64,000 bases of DNA from a virus. A program made the translations under genes and the position numbers. Shown here piece by piece: positions 48,721 through 57,927 of the stretch (positions within the stretch are counted from its first letter, which is position 1; each line of letters opens with the position of its first letter). Below the pieces are notes generated by a model. That model made no database searches. It was not told where the DNA came from and saw only the letters and a list, made by a program, of their open reading frames with translations. Location of the stretch: positions 1 through 64,000 of IMG/VR virus record IMGVR_UViG_3300002301_000012; one strand, written 5' to 3'.

Positions 48721-51700
48721 ATGGCCAACTTCCAGGTACCAGAAGGCGCAAAGCGTCTTGGACCGATCAATGCTTTGATCGGAACGCAACCAACACAAGT
48801 CGCTGGTGTTTCGCCGTCGTTCTGGTTTTCTCCTCTTCAGCCTGTAACGCCAACAGCGCCATCCGATTACAAACCTCGCCAGTGGGGCTATCAACCTGGT
48901 GCCAACCTCATTTGGCAGCCGAAGTCGGACGAAGGCTACGGTTACGATCTGCTGCGTCAACTGTCTTTGTCTTGGGATCTTCTTCGCATGGCGCTGGAGA
49001 TGAAAAAGGACGAAATCGGAGATGTCGAGTTCGAACTTCGGCTGAAGCGACAGGACAACGAGAAGCAGGCAGACTACAAAAACAGGACGCTGAAAGGCGC
49101 GAAAGAACTGCAAGACCTTAAGCAGTTCTGGGCCAAGCCGGATGGTTTCAATACGTTCCGGCAGTGGCTTCGTATGCTATCCGAAGATCTTCTGGTCTGC
49201 GATGCCGTAGCCTGCTATCTTCCGCGCGACAACAAAGGCAAAGTCGCGATGGTCATGCCGACTGACGGCGCATCGTGGAACAGGCTGCTCACCGATCAGG
49301 GAATCACTCCTCGCGATCCAACCAGCGCTGCATACCAACAGGTTTGTTACGGCTTCCCTGCATGGGATGGTACAACGCAGGACGTCGTGTTCAGTATGCA
49401 GAACCCGACAACATACCGGCGCTATGGGTACTCCCGCGTTGAAAGATGCCTGACAACAGTGGCCTTCGGTATTCGTCGTCAGATGTTCCAGATTGCGGAG
49501 TACTGCTATTCATCCGACACTGAGGTACTGACAAGCCGTGGTTGGCTGAAGTGGCCTGATGTCACCATGGACGATACATTTGCAACGCGGCGCATGGAAA
49601 GTGGCGAGTTTGAATGGCAGAAGGCTGAAGGTTACATTCGGAAACAGTTCAACGGTAATTTGATCCGTTTCAAAAATGTAAGCCTTGACATTTTGGTGAC
49701 GCCAAACCACAGGATGCTCGTTGGTGACCTGCCCGGCAGATACCAGCGCGGTTGTCCTACAGCAAAAGTTCCTCGCATCAAAGAGTGTTTAGTCGAAGCT
49801 TCCAATTTGGCTCTTCAGAGAGCGTTGTCAGGCCCGAACATTTCGGCGTGGATTCCACAGGTTTCCGAATGGAATGGCGGCGTCCGTATCGAAGACAAGG
49901 TGTGGTTGTCTCCGAACAACAAAGAGATAACCGTTCGCATGACAGGTGATCAGTACTGTGCCTTCATGGGCATGTACTTGGCAGAGGGATGCGTTGGCGG
50001 CAGCGAAAAACCTACACTTGTTCATATCTGCCAGCCAAAAGACAAAAAAGGAATCCATCAGATTTTCAGTGACATGTTGTCTGAGATCTTTGGTGCAGAC
50101 GTACACCACGACGGAAAGATGTTTTCATGGTCACGAAAATCATTGGCCTTGTACCTTCGGCAATTCGGGCTAGCAAATGAAAAGTTCATACCTGAAGAGA
50201 TTAAGAACGCGCCCAAAGATCAATTACAGATATTCTGGCGATACTACGCATTGGGTGATGGCGAATCGGCGACTGCTATCGGCGAAAAGAAACGTTCTCA
50301 GCAGGTATTCACTGTTAGTAAAAAACTGTCTGACGATCTGACGGAAGTTGTGCAAAAAATAGGTTTGCGCCCAAATGTCGGTGTTCGCGCTGCGGGCAAA
50401 GCCTTTTTCGGTAAACCAGGACTGGGACGTGAAATAAACGCTAGTGAAGGCTATACGATAACTGCGACCGACCAGCCATGCACAAGAAATTGGGATGTTG
50501 AATTTGTCCCTTACGATGGTGAAGTGTTCTGCGTATCGGTGCCGAACCACACGTTGTATGTTCGGCGCAATGGGAAACATGCGTGGTGCGGGAACACGGC
50601 CGGCAATATACCGGAAGCGTTTTTGTTCATGCCTTCGGACATTCCACCGCAGCGACTGAAGGAGTTTCAGGATTACATCGATTCGATCCTAAGCGGTAAT
50701 CTTGCGGAGCGTCGCAAGATCCGTATGATGCCTGGATTCGGCGACAGCGGCAAACCGAACATCGTGTTCCCGAAGGAAGCGCTGCTCAAAGATGAACTGG
50801 ACGTGTGGTTGGCGCAGCTGGTTTGTGCGATTGTCGGCGTGAGTGCGCAGCCGTTCCTCAAAATGGTGAATCGCGCAAGTTCAGAAGAAGCGAACGACGC
50901 AGCCCGCGAAAAGTGGCTGAAGCCTGATGTCGATTTCTTTTGCGAGTACATTAATACCTGCCTTGAGCGCATGGGAATGGATCAGTACGAAATAGCTGCG
51001 AAGGCGCAGCGCGATACCGATCCACTGAAGCAGGCGCAGGCAGATGCGGCGGTGTGGGGTAAGGTTTACACGCCGAACGAACTTCGCGAGCAGCGCGGAG
51101 AAGATCCTGTGGAAGGCAAGAACGCAAACCGGCTCGGTGTACTCAGTCCGATGAACGGTTTCATGCCACTCGATCCTGATGATGACGATCTGGCTTTGAT
51201 GCAGCAAATGAAGGCTACTCCTCCCAAACCTGACGGAAGTGGTGGAGGTGGAGGTTCGCCGGCACCGAACGGCGGCGGTAGCGGTGGCAGCCCGAAGCCG
51301 AAGACTAAACCATCTGCAAAGAAATCGTTGGCAGCAACGTGGGATCTTGAAAAAGATCACAAGTACGGATGTATCATGGTTCCAATCGATCCAGCGTCCG
51401 AAGCCGGTCTTCGCATGAAAGCAATGAGGGATGCAATACCAGATGCAGACCTGATGGAAGGCAACGGAACCTCGCGCGAGGAAGAACCGCATGTCACTGT
51501 GCGATACGGGATCAAGGACGGCGGCGAAGGTCTGCCGGAATACCTGACTGGCCTTGCACCATTCACGCTGAAGTTCGGTAAAACAATGGCATTTGCGCCT
51601 TCTGAACAGTCTGATGGCGCGGCTCCGCTGGTGGTTCAGGTTGATTCGCCTGAGTTGCACGCAGTTAACGCACAGTTGGCACAGGAAGCGACGTTCAAAG

Positions 51701-53913
51701 AGGCTACATTCGACTACCATCCACACGCGACGCTGGCATACGTCGCGCCTGAACGCGCACAGCGGTACGTTGACGACGACTATCTGGACGGCGTGGAATA
51801 TCCAGTGCGGTCCATTGTGATTACAATGCCAGATGGAAGTTCGCAGGAAATCATGCTGACAGGCGGATTCGCAGCACCTGCGAAGTTCAGCGGAAGCGCT
51901 GCGCTGCGGCCAGCGTCATCGCGCATCAAAAATAAAAATAAAAAACCGACGAAAGGCGTCACGCCTCCACCGATAGACCTATCGGACAGCACACAGATCG
52001 ATTCCGGTTATCGCAGCAGTCCAGGTGCAACGCAGTCAAGTACTGTAGCAGTCGAGGACGGTGGCCAAGTGGAGCCGGGAGGCGTGGACGAAAACAATCC
52101 GGCTGAAGATCCACCACGCGCAGATCACAAACCAATGCAGCGAACGGTCCATGCGTTCTTTAAGGCGCAGGCGGCCGCTGCTTTCGACCGACTTAAGCGG
52201 ATCGGTGAACTTCACAAGGTCATCAAGGCGTCAGATGATGGCGATGATCAGGACGATGATGCTGAGCGCATCGGCGAAGCAGAACTGCTGTCCGCTGCGA
52301 ATGACATAAACTGGCGCGAACTGATACCACAGGTTCTGGCGCATCTGCAAGAGGCTGGCAACTTCGGTGTTGTGAACGGTCTGCATCGCGCGGCAGTGGC
52401 CGGTGTCGGTGAAACGTCGGCTTCCATCGGACCAGCACAAACGCTTGCTGCTGAATACGCTAAGGACCGCGCTGCCGAAATGGTCGGCATGAAATGGGTC
52501 GACGGCGAACTGGTCGAAAATCCGAACGCAATGTGGGCTATCAGCGACACAACGCGAGACCAGTTGCGTGAAATAATCGCGCAGGCACTATCGGAAGAAA
52601 CGCCGATTGACGTGCTTGCCGAACGTATCCGCGATGCTGGTTCGTTTTCTGAATCGCGTGCGGAGACTATCGCCAATACTGAGATCGCAACGGCACAGGA
52701 GAAAGGCGTTACTGGCTCGTGGAAGGCTACAGGAGCAGTTGAGAAGGTGCGCTGGTCTCCATCGTCGCTCGGGCCATGTCCGGAGTGTCTGGACAACGTT
52801 TTGGCAGGTTCAATACCGTTTGGAGATACTTTCCCCACTGGTGTATTAGCTCCTCCGAACCATCCGAACTGCTTCGCTGGTGATGCAGTCGTATCGGCCA
52901 GCGGAGTTTCGGTAGCGTACAGTCGTTGGTTTGAAGGGGAAGTCATCATCCTGCGAGTCTCTGGCGCACCAGACATTACCGTCACGCCAAATCACCCGAT
53001 ACTGACGCAACGTGGATGGGTCGCTGCTGGTGATTTGGAACTCACGGATAAGGTCTTGCAGTGCGTTGATCCAAATCTGGCTGTCTCCCTGATGAACCCA
53101 GACGATAATCACATGGAAACCGGCATCCAGGAGATAGCGCACACGCTTGGGATGTCGCACAGCGTGTTGTTCAGTATTGTGCCAACCTCCACCGAAGACT
53201 TCCACGGCGATGGAATCGCCAACGGCAAAGTCGATATTGTAGGCACCGCAGGCGCGCTGTCTTGTGACCAGTCCGATAGAATTCAGCACAGAGAAAACAC
53301 GCTGCTCTGCGCTCTGCATGAGCGGGGGCTTTTGCTGAATAGCGATTGCGTGCATCCGTTTGGTATCTTCGGGGACGATTCTTCCGCGACTGGCAGCATG
53401 AGCAGCAGCGGTCTGATGAAGTCGTTGGTCTTTGGTCAGTTGTCCCATGCGGACAATGGCGGCTTCATGGGTTCCACGGACCATCAAACCAGAACGCTTG
53501 AAAGCTTTGATGATCATTGTATGGTGGGTGTCATGCCTTTTCCCGATAGACAAAGCAGACTCACCAGCCAAGTAGCTTGTGTGCATAGCCATCAATTCGG
53601 GCAGCGTGAATTTGCAGTCTCTTCCTTTGCGCATCGGATCGCCCGGTTGGCGAAGAGAGATTCCAGAACGAATCAAGTTAAGACGAACCATACCGTAACC
53701 AAGCTGGTATCGCGCACAAATAGTCTGGAGCGTGTCGCCAGCCTGATACGCTTTGCAGATGTCGTCAAGTTGTGGAAGAATCGTTTTGCGGGGCATGTGT
53801 TTAACCTCAGTACAGATACCGGCACGTATTTTGCTAACACTATACTTGCACACAACTGTCGGTGTGCTTTGATTATCACAAAGGTTCGCGGTAAAGAGGA
53901 GAAAGCAGCATGA
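48721..53913 (+). CDS. Portal + 2H phosphoesterase + MuF (minor head) fusion with two inteins
   Basis: Portal motifs at about 48721-51180; HVT and HAT 2H motifs at 51490 and 51724; MuF motifs RAETIANTEIATAQ, CPEC and PPNHPN/CRC; two HINT domains. Confidence 0.88.
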   Translation: MANFQVPEGAKRLGPINALIGTQPTQVAGVSPSFWFSPLQPVTPTAPSDYKPRQWGYQPGANLIWQPKSDEGYGYDLLRQLSLSWDLLRMALEMKKDEIGDVEFELRLKRQDNEKQADYKNRTLKGAKELQDLKQFWAKPDGFNTFRQWLRMLSEDLLVCDAVACYLPRDNKGKVAMVMPTDGASWNRLLTDQGITPRDPTSAAYQQVCYGFPAWDGTTQDVVFSMQNPTTYRRYGYSRVERCLTTVAFGIRRQMFQIAEYCYSSDTEVLTSRGWLKWPDVTMDDTFATRRMESGEFEWQKAEGYIRKQFNGNLIRFKNVSLDILVTPNHRMLVGDLPGRYQRGCPTAKVPRIKECLVEASNLALQRALSGPNISAWIPQVSEWNGGVRIEDKVWLSPNNKEITVRMTGDQYCAFMGMYLAEGCVGGSEKPTLVHICQPKDKKGIHQIFSDMLSEIFGADVHHDGKMFSWSRKSLALYLRQFGLANEKFIPEEIKNAPKDQLQIFWRYYALGDGESATAIGEKKRSQQVFTVSKKLSDDLTEVVQKIGLRPNVGVRAAGKAFFGKPGLGREINASEGYTITATDQPCTRNWDVEFVPYDGEVFCVSVPNHTLYVRRNGKHAWCGNTAGNIPEAFLFMPSDIPPQRLKEFQDYIDSILSGNLAERRKIRMMPGFGDSGKPNIVFPKEALLKDELDVWLAQLVCAIVGVSAQPFLKMVNRASSEEANDAAREKWLKPDVDFFCEYINTCLERMGMDQYEIAAKAQRDTDPLKQAQADAAVWGKVYTPNELREQRGEDPVEGKNANRLGVLSPMNGFMPLDPDDDDLALMQQMKATPPKPDGSGGGGGSPAPNGGGSGGSPKPKTKPSAKKSLAATWDLEKDHKYGCIMVPIDPASEAGLRMKAMRDAIPDADLMEGNGTSREEEPHVTVRYGIKDGGEGLPEYLTGLAPFTLKFGKTMAFAPSEQSDGAAPLVVQVDSPELHAVNAQLAQEATFKEATFDYHPHATLAYVAPERAQRYVDDDYLDGVEYPVRSIVITMPDGSSQEIMLTGGFAAPAKFSGSAALRPASSRIKNKNKKPTKGVTPPPIDLSDSTQIDSGYRSSPGATQSSTVAVEDGGQVEPGGVDENNPAEDPPRADHKPMQRTVHAFFKAQAAAAFDRLKRIGELHKVIKASDDGDDQDDDAERIGEAELLSAANDINWRELIPQVLAHLQEAGNFGVVNGLHRAAVAGVGETSASIGPAQTLAAEYAKDRAAEMVGMKWVDGELVENPNAMWAISDTTRDQLREIIAQALSEETPIDVLAERIRDAGSFSESRAETIANTEIATAQEKGVTGSWKATGAVEKVRWSPSSLGPCPECLDNVLAGSIPFGDTFPTGVLAPPNHPNCFAGDAVVSASGVSVAYSRWFEGEVIILRVSGAPDITVTPNHPILTQRGWVAAGDLELTDKVLQCVDPNLAVSLMNPDDNHMETGIQEIAHTLGMSHSVLFSIVPTSTEDFHGDGIANGKVDIVGTAGALSCDQSDRIQHRENTLLCALHERGLLLNSDCVHPFGIFGDDSSATGSMSSSGLMKSLVFGQLSHADNGGFMGSTDHQTRTLESFDDHCMVGVMPFPDRQSRLTSQVACVHSHQFGQREFAVSSFAHRIARLAKRDSRTNQVKTNHTVTKLVSRTNSLERVASLIRFADVVKLWKNRFAGHVFNLSTDTGTYFANTILAHNCRCALIITKVRGKEEKAA
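49504..50595 (+). mobile_element. Intein 1 (364 aa) with a LAGLIDADG-type endonuclease, in the portal domain
   Basis: Starts CYSSDTEVLT; block B VTPNHRM; FMGMYLAEG and YYALGDG motifs; ends LYVRRNGKHAWCGN followed by Thr. Splicing restores AEY-TAGNIPE. Confidence 0.9.
52846..53796 (-). CDS. DUF559/Vsr-like endonuclease with tandem HTH repeats, antisense to intein 2
   Basis: Two HTH-like repeats (YQAGDTLQTICARYQL, YLAGESALSIGKRHDT); nuclease core AEQRV...YNIDFAV...IAVEVFGGGWH...LLDAGFHVIIVW; GAGG-N8-ATG at 53796. Confidence 0.82.
   Translation of the reverse strand: MPRKTILPQLDDICKAYQAGDTLQTICARYQLGYGMVRLNLIRSGISLRQPGDPMRKGRDCKFTLPELMAMHTSYLAGESALSIGKRHDTHHTMIIKAFKRSGLMVRGTHEAAIVRMGQLTKDQRLHQTAAAHAASRGRIVPEDTKRMHAIAIQQKPPLMQSAEQRVFSVLNSIGLVTRQRACGAYNIDFAVGDSIAVEVFGGGWHNTEQHAVRHPKRVRYLLDAGFHVIIVWVHQGDSQIWINALQDLIREFQITSSDPSTLRQYRVIWRDGNVWCARDSQDDDFPFKPTTVRYRNSAGRYDCITSEAVRMVRRS
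52870..53856 (+). mobile_element. Intein 2 (329 aa) in the MuF HPNCRC motif, with no in-frame nuclease
   Basis: Starts CFAGDAVV; block B ITVTPNHPIL; block F/G GHVFNLSTDTGTYFANTILAHN followed by Cys. Confidence 0.92.
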
Positions 53914-54440
53914 AAACGTTAACTGGACTGACGTGGATCGTGGTCGGCGCTGTGCTGATCGCGAGTGGATTGTGGATTCCTATTTCAGAAGCTCAAACGC
54001 CTGTTGCGCGGCCGTCGATCACAGCGATGGGTCCGATGATACCCGTTCAGATCAAACTTACGGGACTGACGAGCACCGGCTATTCGTGGATTCCACTTAA
54101 CCACATCGGCAATGGTGTCGGCCAGTTCCAGGTGTCGCAGAACAATCCGCAGGGAGACGTTTACTTCGGCCAGTCGCAGCGGGATCGCGCAGGAAAGTTG
54201 ATACTCGGCACAGTGACAGGCGGCTCCAGCCCGCAGGTCACGATCAAAGACACAACAGGATTCATCGTCGCTAATGCCTGGGGTGCGAATGCGTCGTCCG
54301 TGCTGCAAGCAAACAATACCTATACGCTGGATGCTTTATCCGGCACATGGCTGCAAGGCGGTTTCACGATTACCTGTTCAGACGGTAACTCCGGTGTCGA
54401 TTGCGGGAAAATCAACGCAGAGCTTTTCTGGCAGCAGTAA
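53910..54440 (+). CDS. Hypothetical protein with an N-terminal signal or transmembrane segment
   Basis: ATGA-coupled to the portal fusion; hydrophobic N-terminus. Confidence 0.55.
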   Translation: MKTLTGLTWIVVGAVLIASGLWIPISEAQTPVARPSITAMGPMIPVQIKLTGLTSTGYSWIPLNHIGNGVGQFQVSQNNPQGDVYFGQSQRDRAGKLILGTVTGGSSPQVTIKDTTGFIVANAWGANASSVLQANNTYTLDALSGTWLQGGFTITCSDGNSGVDCGKINAELFWQQ

Positions 54441-54459
54441 ACCAAAAGGACACACGAAC

Positions 54460-54873
54460 ATGCGCATCGCAGACATCATCAAAAACACTAATGCATTTAA
54501 CGCCGCCAAGTTTCAGAAAGAAAATCCAAACCACGATGACAAGGGGCAGTTTACAACATCGACTGGTGGATTCGCGTCAAGTGCTAATTTGACAGTGCAT
54601 GATCCGCGCGGTGGAACCGCTCCTGCTAATTCAGTCGGCCATGATGCCAATGCAGCAGGTAATAAATATGATCCGCACATGATGGCAGCTGATCTTCGTG
54701 GCCAGGAAATAGGACGTGAAGTCGCTCGTAGCGGCAAGACTGGAAATCAAGCGCACAGTGCAATCAGAAGAGAGGCGCGGGCTCATGCTGCTAGTCAACC
54801 GCACAACAAGCGTGAGGCTGCGTTTAATCAGGCATTCCGCAGTGCTGTATCGTCGTACCACGAACATATTTGA
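54460..54873 (+). CDS. Head-module hypothetical protein
   Basis: NPNHDDKGQFTT motif, often seen in phage head-associated proteins; AAGGA RBS. Confidence 0.5.
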   Translation: MRIADIIKNTNAFNAAKFQKENPNHDDKGQFTTSTGGFASSANLTVHDPRGGTAPANSVGHDANAAGNKYDPHMMAADLRGQEIGREVARSGKTGNQAHSAIRREARAHAASQPHNKREAAFNQAFRSAVSSYHEHI

Positions 54874-55442
54874 CGCATTCGCAGCGCCAAGCGTTTTGTG
54901 CAGCGGTAGCAGCCGCGATTCGCAATACTCCATCTGCAATACAAAGCCTGAAGTGTGTAAAGTGTCAGCGGCAGGATTACGTCGTGGCTGCTGACAAAAA
55001 GATCTGCGGATCTACGTTTCTGAAGTCTGGATGGCGTCTGGGGCCAGTGTGTCCGACATGCATCTCGCGATCCTCTCAAGCAATGCCAGTGTAATGACAG
55101 GAGTGCCTAACGGTTCTATTCCGCAGGTACATCCGAGTCCATCAGTCATTGCACGTTGATAGCAAGCATTAGAATGATCTGTAATATTAATCACGAGCAG
55201 TCGTTCCTTTCCTTCCACATTGCTTCGAGATCAGCCTGCTGGCGAACGTAATACAGACAATCTGAAACGTGCCGGTGCGATACGTACATACCCATATGGC
55301 GGCGTGGTTGGTCGCAAGTAATTGGTCCGCGACAGTCGCCGCAGCGCACGGTCAGCGCTTCGTTTATCTCTTCGATGGTGAACGTGTTATCTGATGTGAC
55401 GGTTTCGCGAAGACTCATGGCTGAGGCACATCCTTTCGTGTC

Positions 55443-55616
55443 TTACGCTTGCTGTGGAACGTCCCTGGGGTTGATGCGCCACAATCTGCCGATTTTGAAT
55501 CCTCGAAGTTTCTTTGTTCGAAGGTGCGTCAGCACTGTCGATTCGCTGAGTCCAGTGATGGTGGCCACCTCCTTGGCGCTCAGTAGTCTATGAAGGTCTT
55601 TATCTGTTGTAGCCAT
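55443..55616 (-). CDS. Excisionase-like HTH protein (not in the ORF track)
   Basis: Manual translation MATTDKDLHRLLSAKEVATITGLSESTVLTHLRTKKLRGFKIGRLWRINPRDV matches the HTH_17 pattern. Confidence 0.7.
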   Translation of the reverse strand: MATTDKDLHRLLSAKEVATITGLSESTVLTHLRTKKLRGFKIGRLWRINPRDVPQQA

Positions 55617-55733
55617 TTGCACTTATTCATAACACAACATTAGCGCAATTCGCCACTCTTCGTTTGTTCATGGCAATAGTGCCGGATCTTGCTGTGGCGA
55701 ATCGACATAAGCCTTTGCAATGATTACGAACGA

Positions 55734-57863
55734 ATGGAACTCCTGAAGTACTTTCCTCTGGTGAAGGTCGATGAGCGAGACCACACGGTTTCGGGAATTG
55801 CGACAGCGGAAATACCGGATGCTGACAACGAGATTGCGGACTACGAGGGCTGCAAGGCTGCGTATACGCTTTGGGCAGGCGAAGCGAGCGCTTCGACAAA
55901 AGCTGCTGGACAAGATCCAAGCTATGGCAATATTCGGCTCCAGCATGGGATGGACATCGGCGGTAAAGTCGTACAATTTCCAACTTTCGACGATGCCAAC
56001 AAGCGCATTTCGCTGGTGACTCGTCCCAAAAACGACGAGATCTGGAAAGATCTTAAAGATGGAATGTATCGCGGATTTTCTCACGCGGGACAATATCAGT
56101 TCCGCAAATGCGCTGTTGACGGAACTGACATTGCGAGAGGCAATTTCTGTCCGACATGCGACAAAAACGTGACAGTGCGATATGCACCGATCCTTGCTGA
56201 AGTCAGCTACGTGGATTCACCGTGCCTAAAGAATGCAACGTTCACCGCAGTCAAGGCTGACGGAACCGCCGTCGAAAAGAAGTTTGAAGGCGTTGAAAGT
56301 CCGATTACTCAGGATACGGAAGCAACTCTCAAAGAGATTCTGGCGCGGCTGAACCAGTTGGCACCGCCGATCAACATCACGCCGACAGCAGAGAGTCAAT
56401 CTGCGAAAGCAGCAGCAGTGAAGAAGGCGCAATCGTTTCTTGTGGTCGAGTCGGACGGAACGCACCACCTGCCGTATACCGACGAGGATGGAACGCTTAA
56501 CCATCGGTTGATGGGTGCAGCATGGGCTTCTTTGCATGGCGGCTATCGCGGCAACAAGTACGAAGGGCCGGATAAAGACAAGGCCATCGCGCAGCTTACT
56601 TCGCTGTACGAAAAAGAAGGCATGGAGACGCCAGCGGCCAAGTTTACGCGCGTCTGCACCGAAGCAATCGACAAAGCAGCGGTCAAACTGAACCTGCAAA
56701 AGGGAATGTACGAGGTTACTCAGGTCGCTCAGGTACTTGAACAACTGGCATGGATTCAGCAATCCGCACTGTGGGAACGCCAGATGGAAGACGACGACTC
56801 AACACTTCCCGAAGAGTTTCTCGCGGTTCTGGAACATGCAGCACAGGTTTTTTTACATCAGGTCGCCGAAGAAACCGGCGAACTGACGGCATCCGCGCAG
56901 GCGGCGATGGCAGCAGCAACGGCGGCAGATGCCGCAGAAACGATCAAAACTTCCAAAGGAGTCACGACTATGGCAAAGGGCAGCACCAACTCATTCGTTA
57001 AAATCTTCGCGCCGATTCTCGGAGCGGAAAAGGCACATTCACTGGCTCACCACATGAGCAAGATGGTCAAGTGCGTCAAAGAGCACAACGCCGATGGCTT
57101 CGGTTTGCACAAAGCTCACCATGCGTCAATGACGGACCATCTTGACAAGGCGATTGCTGCGGCTCCAGTCGTTCAGACCGGTGTTGTCGACAAGTCCGCT
57201 GGCTTCATGGCACACATGAAGAAGGCGAAGGAATGCGCTGACGGCCACTGCGAGTCTGGTGTGGAGATGCACCAGGACCATGCAGACGAAATGGCAGACC
57301 ACTTCGGCAAGCTTGGCAAAATTCTCGGTGTCGAGGAAGCAGACAAGTGGGCGGATGAAGCAGCGGACACGCCGGAAGAAATCGGCGGCGAACCGCGCGG
57401 CGCTGCACCGGACACCTACACGAAGGGACGCAAGGCCAACGCCGGCGGCGCACCTGCTCCTTCGAACGACGACGCGAACAAAGAATCATTCACGAAGGCA
57501 GATGTAGCCGAAATCGTGGCTGCAACCATCGGCGAATTCATGAAGAATCTGAAGGACGGGCTGGGTGCCGAACCGGAACCTGCACCGCAGACAGCCCAGC
57601 GTTCTGCCGGTATCGGTGACCGCAACAATGTGCGGTGGCCTGTATCTGGTCCTGGCGGCAACGTCTCGAAGCGGCAAGACACTGCCGCCTCGACGCCTGC
57701 CACGCCTGCTGGCGCAGCACCCGCTGCAACGGAACCGACCGCAGAAGATTTCCAGAAGGCATTTCGCGGCGATCCGGAAGCGCTGAAAAAGATTGGTCTC
57801 GGCGGTCCCGGCGATACGCTGCCGCCCGAAGTCGCGTACAACATGGCCATGGTCGGCAAGTAG
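55734..57863 (+). CDS. Prohead protease / scaffold fusion
   Basis: KVDERDHTVSGIATAEIPDADNE, NIRLQH, YRGFS and EVSYVDSPC are HK97-type protease motifs; long helical, low-complexity C-terminus; directly precedes the capsid gene. Confidence 0.8.
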   Translation: MELLKYFPLVKVDERDHTVSGIATAEIPDADNEIADYEGCKAAYTLWAGEASASTKAAGQDPSYGNIRLQHGMDIGGKVVQFPTFDDANKRISLVTRPKNDEIWKDLKDGMYRGFSHAGQYQFRKCAVDGTDIARGNFCPTCDKNVTVRYAPILAEVSYVDSPCLKNATFTAVKADGTAVEKKFEGVESPITQDTEATLKEILARLNQLAPPINITPTAESQSAKAAAVKKAQSFLVVESDGTHHLPYTDEDGTLNHRLMGAAWASLHGGYRGNKYEGPDKDKAIAQLTSLYEKEGMETPAAKFTRVCTEAIDKAAVKLNLQKGMYEVTQVAQVLEQLAWIQQSALWERQMEDDDSTLPEEFLAVLEHAAQVFLHQVAEETGELTASAQAAMAAATAADAAETIKTSKGVTTMAKGSTNSFVKIFAPILGAEKAHSLAHHMSKMVKCVKEHNADGFGLHKAHHASMTDHLDKAIAAAPVVQTGVVDKSAGFMAHMKKAKECADGHCESGVEMHQDHADEMADHFGKLGKILGVEEADKWADEAADTPEEIGGEPRGAAPDTYTKGRKANAGGAPAPSNDDANKESFTKADVAEIVAATIGEFMKNLKDGLGAEPEPAPQTAQRSAGIGDRNNVRWPVSGPGGNVSKRQDTAASTPATPAGAAPAATEPTAEDFQKAFRGDPEALKKIGLGGPGDTLPPEVAYNMAMVGK

Positions 57864-57927
57864 TAGCCGACCATTCACCGAACAGTAATAAACCGGAACG
57901 AAAAAACAAGGAGCAACGGAAAACATC

